From positions 1 through 25,711 of IMG/VR virus record IMGVR_UViG_3300025662_000009: a stretch of DNA of 25,711 bases; one strand, 5' to 3'. Numbering within the stretch: position 1 is the stretch's first letter; the number at the start of each line of letters is the position of its first letter. Shown here piece after piece: positions 1 through 8,741 of the stretch. Under the pieces are notes generated by a model. That model did no database searches, was not told where the DNA came from, and worked only from the letters and a program-made list of their open reading frames with translations. The stretch comes from a virus (lineage: Duplodnaviria > Caudoviricetes). The position numbers and the translations under genes are program-made.

Positions 1-11
1 AGTTTCATTTA

Positions 12-182
12 TCACGCCTCGGAGATTGCTAAAATATCAACAACAACACCAGTAGCATATTTCCTAAAGCACATCAAAGATGCTGCTTCAATAGATTCTG
101 CAAAGAATAACTCACTTAGAGTATTATTAGCGTTAGCAAAGAACTGTTCGTATAGATTAAACTTAATTTTATAATTTTTCAT
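12..182 (-). CDS. Small hypothetical protein, 56 aa (MKNYKIKFNLYEQFF...ILAISEA), not in the ORF track
   Basis: Manual translation: ATG at 182, TGA at 12-14. A further ATG at 8 with a GAGG Shine-Dalgarno runs off the window edge. Confidence 0.6.
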   Translation of the reverse strand: MKNYKIKFNLYEQFFANANNTLSELFFAESIEAASLMCFRKYATGVVVDILAISEA

Positions 183-242
183 TTATATTCCAATTAAATA
201 TTTTCAAAGTATTACTAATTATAACTCATATATTAACTTTGT

Positions 243-563
243 TTAGGCAATCACTTGACTAATTAATATACACATATCTTCCAGTTCTTCTTCTAGTTCA
301 AGGGCATCTGGATAGATACCGTTGTCCGGTAAAAATAAAATATCACGGAGTTTCTTCTCTTTTAATATGTAAAGTGGAGAAGTCTCTGTATAGGTCACTG
401 CTAAGGTACTATGGTTGATCTCATAACAAACTTTAGCAATTAGATCATCTTGTCCTGGTATAGCATCATCTTTACGGAATGCAACTTCAACAAACTCATC
501 TGTCCATATGTAAACAGAGTAAATTCCTTCTTTGGTGTATGATGTAACATCTTTGATGTTCAT
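243..563 (-). CDS. Hypothetical acidic protein, probably early
   Basis: 106-aa ORF with GAGG RBS and its own sigma70-like promoter at 596-624. Confidence 0.75.
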   Translation of the reverse strand: MNIKDVTSYTKEGIYSVYIWTDEFVEVAFRKDDAIPGQDDLIAKVCYEINHSTLAVTYTETSPLYILKEKKLRDILFLPDNGIYPDALELEEELEDMCILISQVIA

Positions 564-595
564 TGTATAACCTCTATAATTTATTAGTATAAGTT

Positions 596-624
596 AGTAT
601 AACTCAATTTGACATCATTGTCAA
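596..624 (-). promoter_or_regulatory. sigma70-type early promoter
   Basis: Minus strand reads TTGACA-17 nt-TATACT. Confidence 0.8.
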
Positions 625-634
625 CCTTTATTTT

Positions 635-892
635 TCACCACCCAGTATACTTATATTTATTGTTTTGTTGTTCGAGTGTAAATCCCCAACTAAGTCTCCT
701 CCTTTTCTTTGCATCCGATTCCTGTATAAATCGTTTCTGTTGTTGTTGATCGTAATGGTTTTGTATTGCTACTCTGGAATTCAAAGCTCTTCTATTAACC
801 TCTTTTTCGTATCGAATATCATATGTATCAGCATTTGCTGTCGAACATATGATAGTTGCTGCCATTACTGCTACTACTACTGAACCTTTCAT
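635..892 (-). CDS. Hypothetical protein with predicted Sec signal peptide
   Basis: N-terminus MKGSVVVAVMAATIICSTANA|DT has a hydrophobic core and A-x-A site; GAGG RBS; own promoter. Confidence 0.7.
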   Translation of the reverse strand: MKGSVVVAVMAATIICSTANADTYDIRYEKEVNRRALNSRVAIQNHYDQQQQKRFIQESDAKKRRRLSWGFTLEQQNNKYKYTGW

Positions 893-921
893 TTCTTCCT
901 CTATTATTTAAACTATGACTA

Positions 922-950
922 ATTATACCCTGTACTGACTTCTTTGTCAA
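922..950 (-). promoter_or_regulatory. sigma70-type early promoter
   Basis: Minus strand reads TTGACA-17 nt-TATAAT, a perfect consensus. Confidence 0.85.
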
Positions 951-955
951 CACTT

Positions 956-2671
956 TTATTTTATATTTGAAAAGTTATGGTCCTTAACAAACTCTATCTT
1001 TGATCTAAATTTCCCGTCTAACATATCACCCTTATGACTAATAACAAACACATTGGTATCAGTTTCAAGGGTATCTAAGATTTTCATAAGAGTTTCAACT
1101 CCATCATTATCTAAAGAACTATCAAAGGTTTCATCTAATATCAATAGATTAGTTGCGGCAGAATTCTTCATTCGTGCAATTTGTCTCCATGTAAATAATA
1201 AAGCCAAATCTATTCTTGATTTTTCCCCTTCAGAGAATGATGAATAGTTAAAAGCATCCCTATGCCTACTTTTAATGGTTTCATTGAACCCTTCATCTAA
1301 ATGAAACAATACAAAGAAATCCATCACTTGGAGATACTTATTTATAAGACTATTCATTACAGGTAGGTACTGTTTAATAACCTTAGTTTTGATACCAGTA
1401 TCTTTTAACATTTCAGCAGCAACAGAATTATAAACCCGTTCATCTGTAAGTCTACTCTTCTCATTACTATTAACATCAAGTTGATTTATTAGTGAAACTA
1501 GTTCCGCATTAGATTCAGATAAATCACCACTCTTTTCTGTTATACTATTAATGTCCTTTTCATAAGACTTGATGTTATTCAATAGTAAATTAATAGACTT
1601 ATTATTGCTGTCAATAACACTTTGTTTATTAATAATACTATTAGATTGTGTGGTTAGATCTTTTATCAGTGAATCTATTGTAACTTCTTCATCAATGATT
1701 TTAGAGATACCTTCATTTAATTGTACTGCTCTGGTTTTTGCTTTATCTAATTTAACATCCTTTAATATACTATCAATATCCTGTGAACAAGTAGGACAAG
1801 TATCATTCTCACTATAGAACTTTGACTCCTTTACCACTTGTGCTATCTGTGTATTAAACTGACCCATGAAATTGGTTAGTGATTGTTTCTTCTTAGTGAT
1901 TTCACTAAGTTCACTTTGAATGTTATGGGCATTCTCTGATATAAAGGTGTGATGAGTTTCATTGTCAGTTCTATAAGACACTATAGTTTCTAATGTCTTA
2001 TCAATATCTTTTTTCTTAGAGTTAATTTGATCATCCGAGATTTCAGCAATATCTTTAATATATTTCTTCTGTGAAACAATTTTCTCTTTTAATCTATCGG
2101 TGTGGTGTGTGGCATTGAATAGATGTTCCTTTATCTTACCATCTTTTTCTTTAAGGATCTGGTTCATTTTAGAGAACACTTGTATATCCAGTAAATCCTC
2201 AATGACTTCTCTACGGTGGTTTGTAGACAACTTCATAAATGGTATAAATGAAGAAGATCCTAATACCACAATTTGATGGAATGATTTATGATTCAATTTC
2301 AATATATTCTGCTCAAGGTATTTCTGATAATCCTTAGCAGCAGAACTTTGGTTGATCATAACATCGTTTTGCCATATCTCAAATATATTAGGCTTTATAC
2401 CTCTTACAATCTTGAACTCATGTTTTCCTATAGAGAACTCTACAGTGACCACACAATTCTTATTGTTAATTGAATTGATTAGTTGACCTTTAGTAATAGA
2501 TCTATGGGCTTTCCCAAACAACGCAAATGATAGAGCATCTAGGATAGTACTCTTACCAGAACCATTCTGTCCTATAATAAGAGTAGATGGTGATTTGTTT
2601 AATAGTATAGTAGTGCTTTTAGTTCCTGTAGATAAAAAATTACTATAGGTTAGGGTTTTAAATGTGATCAT
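956..2671 (-). CDS. gp46: Recombination endonuclease ATPase subunit (Rad50/SbcC-like)
   Basis: Walker A GQNGSGKS, CPTC zinc hook within coiled coil, signature FSEGE, Walker B LILDE, ISHK; follows gp47. Confidence 0.97.
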   Translation of the reverse strand: MITFKTLTYSNFLSTGTKSTTILLNKSPSTLIIGQNGSGKSTILDALSFALFGKAHRSITKGQLINSINNKNCVVTVEFSIGKHEFKIVRGIKPNIFEIWQNDVMINQSSAAKDYQKYLEQNILKLNHKSFHQIVVLGSSSFIPFMKLSTNHRREVIEDLLDIQVFSKMNQILKEKDGKIKEHLFNATHHTDRLKEKIVSQKKYIKDIAEISDDQINSKKKDIDKTLETIVSYRTDNETHHTFISENAHNIQSELSEITKKKQSLTNFMGQFNTQIAQVVKESKFYSENDTCPTCSQDIDSILKDVKLDKAKTRAVQLNEGISKIIDEEVTIDSLIKDLTTQSNSIINKQSVIDSNNKSINLLLNNIKSYEKDINSITEKSGDLSESNAELVSLINQLDVNSNEKSRLTDERVYNSVAAEMLKDTGIKTKVIKQYLPVMNSLINKYLQVMDFFVLFHLDEGFNETIKSRHRDAFNYSSFSEGEKSRIDLALLFTWRQIARMKNSAATNLLILDETFDSSLDNDGVETLMKILDTLETDTNVFVISHKGDMLDGKFRSKIEFVKDHNFSNIK

Positions 2672-3729
2672 AAAATGTCCATCGACTGTGCTTCAACTAG
2701 TAAACTTTGCATCAAGTGTTTAATCCTTGGTTTGTCCAATTCAGTTTCAACTCCATCAACATAAGAATCTAATAATTCTGTGGTGTCTTCTACTAGTACA
2801 CCTTCATCATCAACATTCTCACCCAAGAATTCATCAAAGGATTCTGCAATTTTCAACTCATGTATATCTCGATCTTGTATTTTATCAATGAACTTATCAA
2901 AGAAATAAGGGTCTTTCTTTTTAACTACAAAAACCTTTACAAACTTATCATCAAGTTTCGTAAAATCATAGTCATCATAGCACAACTCTTCATCATTGTA
3001 TACAACTTTCTCAAACATTGTTATAGGGTTTAGAACCTTCTCTATGATATCAGTATCGGTGTCAAGGATATGGAAGTACTTTGGATCATGTGCATCTGCC
3101 CAAGTGAATTCCATTTGTGAACCAAGATAGTGTATATTATCGATAGAAGATTTTGTATGGAAATGTCCTGATATAACCTTATCAAATCGTTTAAAGTTTG
3201 TTGTATCCATACCATGTGCATTGATAACACCTTTCATCATTTCAAACCCAACAAGTTCAAGATGTCCCGCCAGTATAGTTGCTTTACAATTATTAACAAA
3301 CTCAATAGATTTAGAATAGTTCTCAGAATTAATCCAAGGTAAAGCAGCAACAGAGGTTTTACCATATTTAAGAACCGTTGGGTTCATGATAATATTTACA
3401 TTACCAGTATAATATCCAAGCAATTCTTTAAGGGAACAAAGTTCATTAGTATTCTTATAGAACACATCATGGTTTCCTGGAATAATATCCATATGTAAAC
3501 CATTAAGTTTCAGTTTATCAAGGAAGTGTTTTCTATTAGCATTGAGTGCTTTAAAGTTGATGTACTTCCTGTGTTCGTAATAGTCACCAAGATGTAATAT
3601 CTGTGTAATATTATTTTCCTTTAGGTAAGGAAAAAATACTTCAGAGTAGAACCTTTCTTGATAATTTATAAAAATATCCGAAGAGTTCCTGACTCCCGCA
3701 TGTGTATCGTTTAATATTGCTACTTTCAT
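2668..3729 (-). CDS. gp47: Recombination endonuclease nuclease subunit (Mre11/SbcD-like)
   Basis: Metallophosphoesterase motifs DTH, LGD, GNHD, GHFH. Confidence 0.97.
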   Translation of the reverse strand: MKVAILNDTHAGVRNSSDIFINYQERFYSEVFFPYLKENNITQILHLGDYYEHRKYINFKALNANRKHFLDKLKLNGLHMDIIPGNHDVFYKNTNELCSLKELLGYYTGNVNIIMNPTVLKYGKTSVAALPWINSENYSKSIEFVNNCKATILAGHLELVGFEMMKGVINAHGMDTTNFKRFDKVISGHFHTKSSIDNIHYLGSQMEFTWADAHDPKYFHILDTDTDIIEKVLNPITMFEKVVYNDEELCYDDYDFTKLDDKFVKVFVVKKKDPYFFDKFIDKIQDRDIHELKIAESFDEFLGENVDDEGVLVEDTTELLDSYVDGVETELDKPRIKHLMQSLLVEAQSMDIL

Positions 3730-4304
3730 ATATCATCCATAAAGAATTCAAGTGCCTTTGTTTTTACTTCTTTCTCTTTGATTAGTTCCTTTACTTTTTC
3801 ATCTTTATCTTTTACAAGAGTGATTCTTTCTTTTAGTTGTTCTACAAAGGAAACTTCAGAGTTCATATCTAATGCTTCGACTTCAGTTACATAGGAAACA
3901 AGGTCATTTATATCAATATTATCAATCCATTTGTATTTAATATCTTGCTGTTTCTTTTCTTTAGCAAGTCTTCTTAGGAAAGCATAGAAGCATATCTGTG
4001 TGAAATAAGAGAATGCGTTAGGTAATCCAGTTCTAGTCGCTGTTTCAATATTATAGTTCATGATAGCACGTAAACAGTTTTCAACACCGTCCATCACCAT
4101 TTCATCTCTATAGGTGTATCGAATAAAGTTTGATTTGTGACTTAGACCTTCAGATATTTTTAGGAATGACATAGCAATGTAGTCAGTCACTACAGGGATT
4201 GGTTGATCATCTTCGGTTGCTTTGTTAACAGACCTCACATAATCAACAACCGCATTACTAAATATTTTATTGTTTACGTAGTGTGGTTTATCTTGTGGTT
4301 TCAT
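3726..4304 (-). CDS. gp55: Late-transcription sigma factor
   Basis: HYVNNK, NFIRYTYRDEMVMDGVENC and NAFSYFTQICFYAFLRR motifs; synteny with gp47/gp46. Confidence 0.95.
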   Translation of the reverse strand: MKPQDKPHYVNNKIFSNAVVDYVRSVNKATEDDQPIPVVTDYIAMSFLKISEGLSHKSNFIRYTYRDEMVMDGVENCLRAIMNYNIETATRTGLPNAFSYFTQICFYAFLRRLAKEKKQQDIKYKWIDNIDINDLVSYVTEVEALDMNSEVSFVEQLKERITLVKDKDEKVKELIKEKEVKTKALEFFMDDI

Positions 4305-4339
4305 TGAGCATACTCTCCTTTACTTTTAATAATATAATT

Positions 4340-4368
4340 ATTATACTACATTTTCATAGAAAAGTAAA
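4340..4368 (-). promoter_or_regulatory. sigma70-type promoter for gp55-gp47-gp46
   Basis: TTTACT-17 nt-TATAAT; shares AAAATGTAGTATAATA with the divergent + strand promoter. Confidence 0.75.
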
Positions 4369-4393
4369 GGGTTATTTTATATTGGGGAGGGGC

Positions 4394-4450
4394 TTGACAT
4401 TTATGATAAAATGTAGTATAATAAATCTGTCACCGGGGAAAATTGGGATA
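4394..4450 (+). promoter_or_regulatory. Antisense sigma70 promoter element, copy 1
   Basis: TTGACA (4394-4399)-17 nt-TATAAT (4417-4422) plus leader; 50/57 identical to 18233-18289. Confidence 0.8.
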
Positions 4451-4456
4451 GGGTTA

Positions 4457-4801
4457 TTAATGTAGTGTAGAGGTAAAAGGCATTTCATTTACTAATAGTT
4501 CATCTATTGATGTTTCTTCATTGTGTGTTTCAGAAGCATTTATATATTCATCCCGTATATCATCAGTAACATAAGTAAAAGCAACAATATTGGATACTAA
4601 TACTAATACTTCACCATCAACACCAAGTGGCATAAAAGGACTAAAAGTGTAACCATATATATCTTCTTTCTTTATGATATGCAATTGTAATGGTGATGAA
4701 AGAACCATTACACCTCCTTCTGTTACTTCAAGTACCAAAGAGATAACTTCTTCACCAGTCACCAATTTAATATGCCTTATATCAACTTCTAATTCACTCA
4801 T
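4457..4801 (-). CDS. Conserved hypothetical protein (Sm-like fold) between uvsW and gp55
   Basis: IKLVTGEEVI N-terminal motif and position typical of marine T4-like phages; start overlaps uvsW stop. Confidence 0.75.
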   Translation of the reverse strand: MSELEVDIRHIKLVTGEEVISLVLEVTEGGVMVLSSPLQLHIIKKEDIYGYTFSPFMPLGVDGEVLVLVSNIVAFTYVTDDIRDEYINASETHNEETSIDELLVNEMPFTSTLH

Positions 4802-6297
4802 ATGGAAACCTCATATATTTTGTATTTGAACTTCTCTCTAGTATATATTTTGATTCTTTCACTGGCATGTAGCAAAGTAAAATTCTTATTCTTTCTATAA
4901 TGCAAATCATCAGCAATATCGAACAATCGGGTTTCTCGACCATCATCAGATTTTCTTAGACCACGACCAATAGATTGTAGCACTTTAATCTGTGATTTAG
5001 AAGGAGAAGCAAAGATGATATTATGTAAGTTCTTTATATTGATACCAGTAGAGAACGTTCCAAGTGAAGCAACAATAATAGCATTCTTTTCAGTTTCTAC
5101 AATAGTTCTAGTTTGTTCTCTAGTTTCGACATCAGTACCACCCGATACAAAGAATACTTTTCTTCTTGTATGTGCTAAACTCTTAATAATATCATACAAA
5201 GGTTTACCATGTTTCTCGACATATTGGTATAAAACTAAAGTATTACCATCTTGATCTAATGCTAATTTAGAGATGAATTGATTTCTTCGTTCATGTCTAA
5301 CAATATAATCTACTTCTTCTGGATACTTTGCTTTATTAACTAACTTGCATTCCACTTCTGGATATTTCAATAATAATACAGAGATATCTAATTGAGCAAG
5401 TGAACCAGAATCCATTAATTTTTTAGTAGTAGTCACATAATAAGCAGGACCGAAACCACCTTCTAATACAAGTTTATGAGTTGTTGTACCATCCAGAGTA
5501 CCAGTAGTACCAAAACGATATTCCGCTTCTTTACATTTAGTAAGAATAGAAGTTAAAGATTTTGCTTTAAAGTTATGTGCTTCATCACCAAGCACCATGC
5601 CATAAGGTTCAAACCATTGTCCATGTAATTTATAAACAGATTGCCAAGTTGATAAAGTTACTCTCTGATCAAATATCTTTGCTTTACCTGAATAGATTTT
5701 ATGACACATAGATTCCGCATCAAAGTTATCATCATACTGTGAATAATCCTCAAAATCTTTATATAACTGTTCCACTAGAGAAGTGGTTGGTACAATTATT
5801 AGTATTTTCTTTGAGTGGTTAGCAAGGTAATAACGTAATAAGATATAGATTATTAGAGATTTACCAGATGCTGTTGGTGATATTAGTAGTGCTTTTTTAT
5901 TACAAAGACCATGATGTATTGCTTCTAATTGATAATCTCTTGGAACAATTTCTTTGCCACCTGAGGATAATGTTAGAGATGATATAAAGTTCATATCAAT
6001 AACAGGTTTAGAATCAGGGATACCGTAGTAGTTACAGTGTTCCAATTCTATTACATAATCTCTACCAGGAGTACTAGCGAATTCTTTTACATATTGGAAT
6101 AGTCCAGAGGGTAGTTCATGAGATCTAATATCGAATAATCGAATCTTACCATCCCACATTTTATTCTTATATGCGGGTATGAACTTATAACCAGGAACGT
6201 AGAATGTGAAAAAGTCACATAGTTCCTGAGCGATGCCGTAATCGCACTCTATCTGTAGGAATGCATGATTTTTATTACGAATTTTAATGATTTCCAT
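4798..6297 (-). CDS. uvsW: SF2 DNA/RNA-DNA helicase UvsW
   Basis: PTASGKS, DEAH, TGT and QSIGRGLR motifs; WDGKIRLF N-terminal domain. Confidence 0.96.
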   Translation of the reverse strand: MEIIKIRNKNHAFLQIECDYGIAQELCDFFTFYVPGYKFIPAYKNKMWDGKIRLFDIRSHELPSGLFQYVKEFASTPGRDYVIELEHCNYYGIPDSKPVIDMNFISSLTLSSGGKEIVPRDYQLEAIHHGLCNKKALLISPTASGKSLIIYILLRYYLANHSKKILIIVPTTSLVEQLYKDFEDYSQYDDNFDAESMCHKIYSGKAKIFDQRVTLSTWQSVYKLHGQWFEPYGMVLGDEAHNFKAKSLTSILTKCKEAEYRFGTTGTLDGTTTHKLVLEGGFGPAYYVTTTKKLMDSGSLAQLDISVLLLKYPEVECKLVNKAKYPEEVDYIVRHERRNQFISKLALDQDGNTLVLYQYVEKHGKPLYDIIKSLAHTRRKVFFVSGGTDVETREQTRTIVETEKNAIIVASLGTFSTGINIKNLHNIIFASPSKSQIKVLQSIGRGLRKSDDGRETRLFDIADDLHYRKNKNFTLLHASERIKIYTREKFKYKIYEVSI

Positions 6298-6317
6298 TAC
6301 TTCACCTTGATTATATA

Positions 6318-6764
6318 TTAAGCACCAGATTCAAATCTACGAAAATCGAGGGCATTCTTAATTGTTGAATGTCTCCATTTAACATTATTAATAATTTCTT
6401 CGAGTGTATCTAAAACAGTTTTTAGTTCGAACAATTGAAGTTGCATTGTTTGAATGTCTACATCGGAGTCGTAGTATTTATCCATATCACCTTTAAGGAT
6501 TTTCAGACCATTTAGTGCATCATACCCCCAACCAAGATCATCCATTTGTGATCTTGACAATTTACCATTATACCATAAGAATTTATGTTTAAGTAGTGTT
6601 TTATATTTGAGGTCTAATTTCTTGTGTTGTAGTTTAACAATAGCATAAAGTTGAAGATATTTGGAATGAAGTTTAGGTGTTTCAAGTGAAGCATCATCTA
6701 ATTTCAGTCTATCTATTTGACAATCTTTGTTCCACAATTCAAGTATATTTTCTAGTTGTAACAT
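6318..6764 (-). CDS. uvsY: Recombination mediator UvsY
   Basis: PKLHSKYL and C-terminal IKNALDFRRFESG motifs; lies between gp3 and uvsW. Confidence 0.92.
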   Translation of the reverse strand: MLQLENILELWNKDCQIDRLKLDDASLETPKLHSKYLQLYAIVKLQHKKLDLKYKTLLKHKFLWYNGKLSRSQMDDLGWGYDALNGLKILKGDMDKYYDSDVDIQTMQLQLFELKTVLDTLEEIINNVKWRHSTIKNALDFRRFESGA

Positions 6765-6794
6765 AATAAAACCTCCATCATAATAAAAGAATAT

Positions 6795-7310
6795 CTATAA
6801 GAATTTAAAATACGAATAATCGAAAGACACTGTTGCGGTTAAGTATTCTACATCAGTTTGTGTAATATCGAATGGTAATGATCCAAGGGATGTTGGAAAG
6901 GCATCGATAAATTGAATTTGTTTAATAACATTATTAGAAGATGATAGAACTAATAGAGTAAGATCTCTAGATTTCTTTACAGATCTACTATCTTGTTCTG
7001 ATACTAGACCAAACAACCAATCATGTATTTCTTGATAGTTAGAGAGTTCTTCATCTATTAAAAAAGTCAAAGTCAAAGGACTATAGACAACTTTACCACC
7101 AGACATACTTATATCTCTAAGTGGTGTACTAAATGTTTGTGATGTGACTGACAATTCAGGTAGTTCGACTTGCTGAACCATAAATTGTGCATTAGGATAT
7201 TTGAGTGAATCAATAGTAAGTCTAAACCCTGTTGGATTTAATAAAGATAAATCTTCACTAAGAATAGATGTTCTTTCGTTTTTGAAATTAACATTAAGGT
7301 CGTATGGCAT
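6795..7310 (-). CDS. gp3: Tail completion / tube terminator protein
   Basis: gp19-like fold motifs (FLIDEELSNYQEIHDW, DAFPTSLGSL, ATVSFDY); position after gp23. Confidence 0.88.
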   Translation of the reverse strand: MPYDLNVNFKNERTSILSEDLSLLNPTGFRLTIDSLKYPNAQFMVQQVELPELSVTSQTFSTPLRDISMSGGKVVYSPLTLTFLIDEELSNYQEIHDWLFGLVSEQDSRSVKKSRDLTLLVLSSSNNVIKQIQFIDAFPTSLGSLPFDITQTDVEYLTATVSFDYSYFKFL

Positions 7311-7339
7311 AATAAATCTCTACATTGATAATATAGTAG

Positions 7340-7347
7340 TATTTATA
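7340..7347 (-). promoter_or_regulatory. T4-type late promoter for gp3-uvsY-uvsW
   Basis: TATAAATA 30 nt upstream of the gp3 start. Confidence 0.85.
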
Positions 7348-7351
7348 AGAC

Positions 7352-7381
7352 AAAAAAAAGGGGACAATTAAGTCCCCTTTT
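7352..7381 (-). terminator. Intrinsic terminator after gp23, likely bidirectional
   Basis: GGGGAC-TTAATT-GTCCCC stem-loop with T8 on the minus strand and T4 on the plus strand. Confidence 0.9.
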
Positions 7382-7406
7382 AACTTACATCCTTGTAAAT
7401 TTCAAA

Positions 7407-8717
7407 CTATACTAAGATATTTGCAACAGCAAAGATACGGTAGTATTGGTTAGCACGGTTAGTACCAGTTTCGCTTGCACTTGCACCAGTAGCATATGGG
7501 TTAGCAACCATACCGTAACGAGTTTTGAATCCGATACGAGGTTGAAAGTCATTTTCGCCAACAGCACGAACCATAGTTAAAGGAACATATGGTGCATAGA
7601 ACATACCAGCATCATAAGGGTTAGTACCACGGTAACCGACAGTTACGTAGTCTTGAGTTGCATAAGGATCGATATAAACTTTCATACTACCATTAAGAAC
7701 ACCAGCAAATGTAGAACCAGTATCATCAACATTCAATTTTGCAGAAAGTGCAGGAGTATAATCTAACATACCAGCAGCAGTTAAAGCAGAAGCAACATCA
7801 GAAGAACAGATAATGAAATTACCTTTTCCACGTCTTGTATCTTTAGCGATAGCATTTGCTTCACGTTCAATTTGAATGATAAGACCTTTGAATTTCTCAA
7901 CAGACCAACGACCATCAGCATCAGTAGAAACATCAAAAGTACCAGCAGAAGCAACATTACTAGACTGTGCTCCTAATTTTGCTTTAACGTTGATAGTTCT
8001 AATAACTTCTCTATTGATCTCTGCAAGAATTTCAGCAGATAAGATGTTAGCAAGTTCAGTTTCAGCATCTAATCCATGAACTGCTTTAAGATCTTGTGCT
8101 AATTCCATTGTGTAGTTAGCTTTCAATGCACGAGTTTTAGCAGTAACAGAAGTTTTCTCAATTGAGAAAGCCATTTCGCCAAATGCTGCACCAGTGTTTC
8201 CTAATGCTTCAGATTGAGCAGTAGTCATACCAGAACCGATTGCAAATGAATCTTCGATAGTATCAGCAGGAGTAGTATCTACACCAGCACCAACTAAAGA
8301 ACTAGAATCACCACCGTGAGTACCAGCACCAGAGAAAGCAGTATTTGCTTCATCTTGAAGTGCTTCTGTTCCACCTTGAGTAGAATAGTTAGATTTCATA
8401 GCGAAGATAAGACCAGTTGGTCCTGTCATTGGTTGAACACCAGCAACATCATACGCCATAAGGTTAGGCATAGAACGTCTAACTAAAGAGATCAGAACTG
8501 GATCCCAGTTAGCCATTGGAGCAGCACCAGCATTAGTAGCGTTAGCAGCAGTTTCATTAATGAAACCCATTGCAGAACGTTCTTCTGTCATTGCTTTTTC
8601 TTGGTTTTCTAATAATACAGCAGTTACCGATTTACGGTATGTATCTGTAATTTCAGGAATTGCAGCGTGTTCTAAAATTGGCTGCCATTTACTTTGTACG
8701 GTTTCTGAATTAAACAT
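7407..8717 (-). CDS. gp23: Major capsid protein
   Basis: GVQPMTGPTGLIFAM, TRALKANYTMELAQDLKAVHGLDAE, FQPRIGFKTRYG. Confidence 0.99.
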   Translation of the reverse strand: MFNSETVQSKWQPILEHAAIPEITDTYRKSVTAVLLENQEKAMTEERSAMGFINETAANATNAGAAPMANWDPVLISLVRRSMPNLMAYDVAGVQPMTGPTGLIFAMKSNYSTQGGTEALQDEANTAFSGAGTHGGDSSSLVGAGVDTTPADTIEDSFAIGSGMTTAQSEALGNTGAAFGEMAFSIEKTSVTAKTRALKANYTMELAQDLKAVHGLDAETELANILSAEILAEINREVIRTINVKAKLGAQSSNVASAGTFDVSTDADGRWSVEKFKGLIIQIEREANAIAKDTRRGKGNFIICSSDVASALTAAGMLDYTPALSAKLNVDDTGSTFAGVLNGSMKVYIDPYATQDYVTVGYRGTNPYDAGMFYAPYVPLTMVRAVGENDFQPRIGFKTRYGMVANPYATGASASETGTNRANQYYRIFAVANILV

Positions 8718-8741
8718 TTTTGAATCTCCTAGGGTTTGTTG

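Noticed and set aside
205-243. Promoter upstream of the 12-182 ORF
   Set aside because: TATAAT is present but there is no convincing -35 at 17-nt spacing, so it was not called.
7311-7406. Absence of gp24 after gp23
   Set aside because: The gp23-gp3-uvsY-uvsW-gp55-47-46 order is normal for marine T4-like phages.
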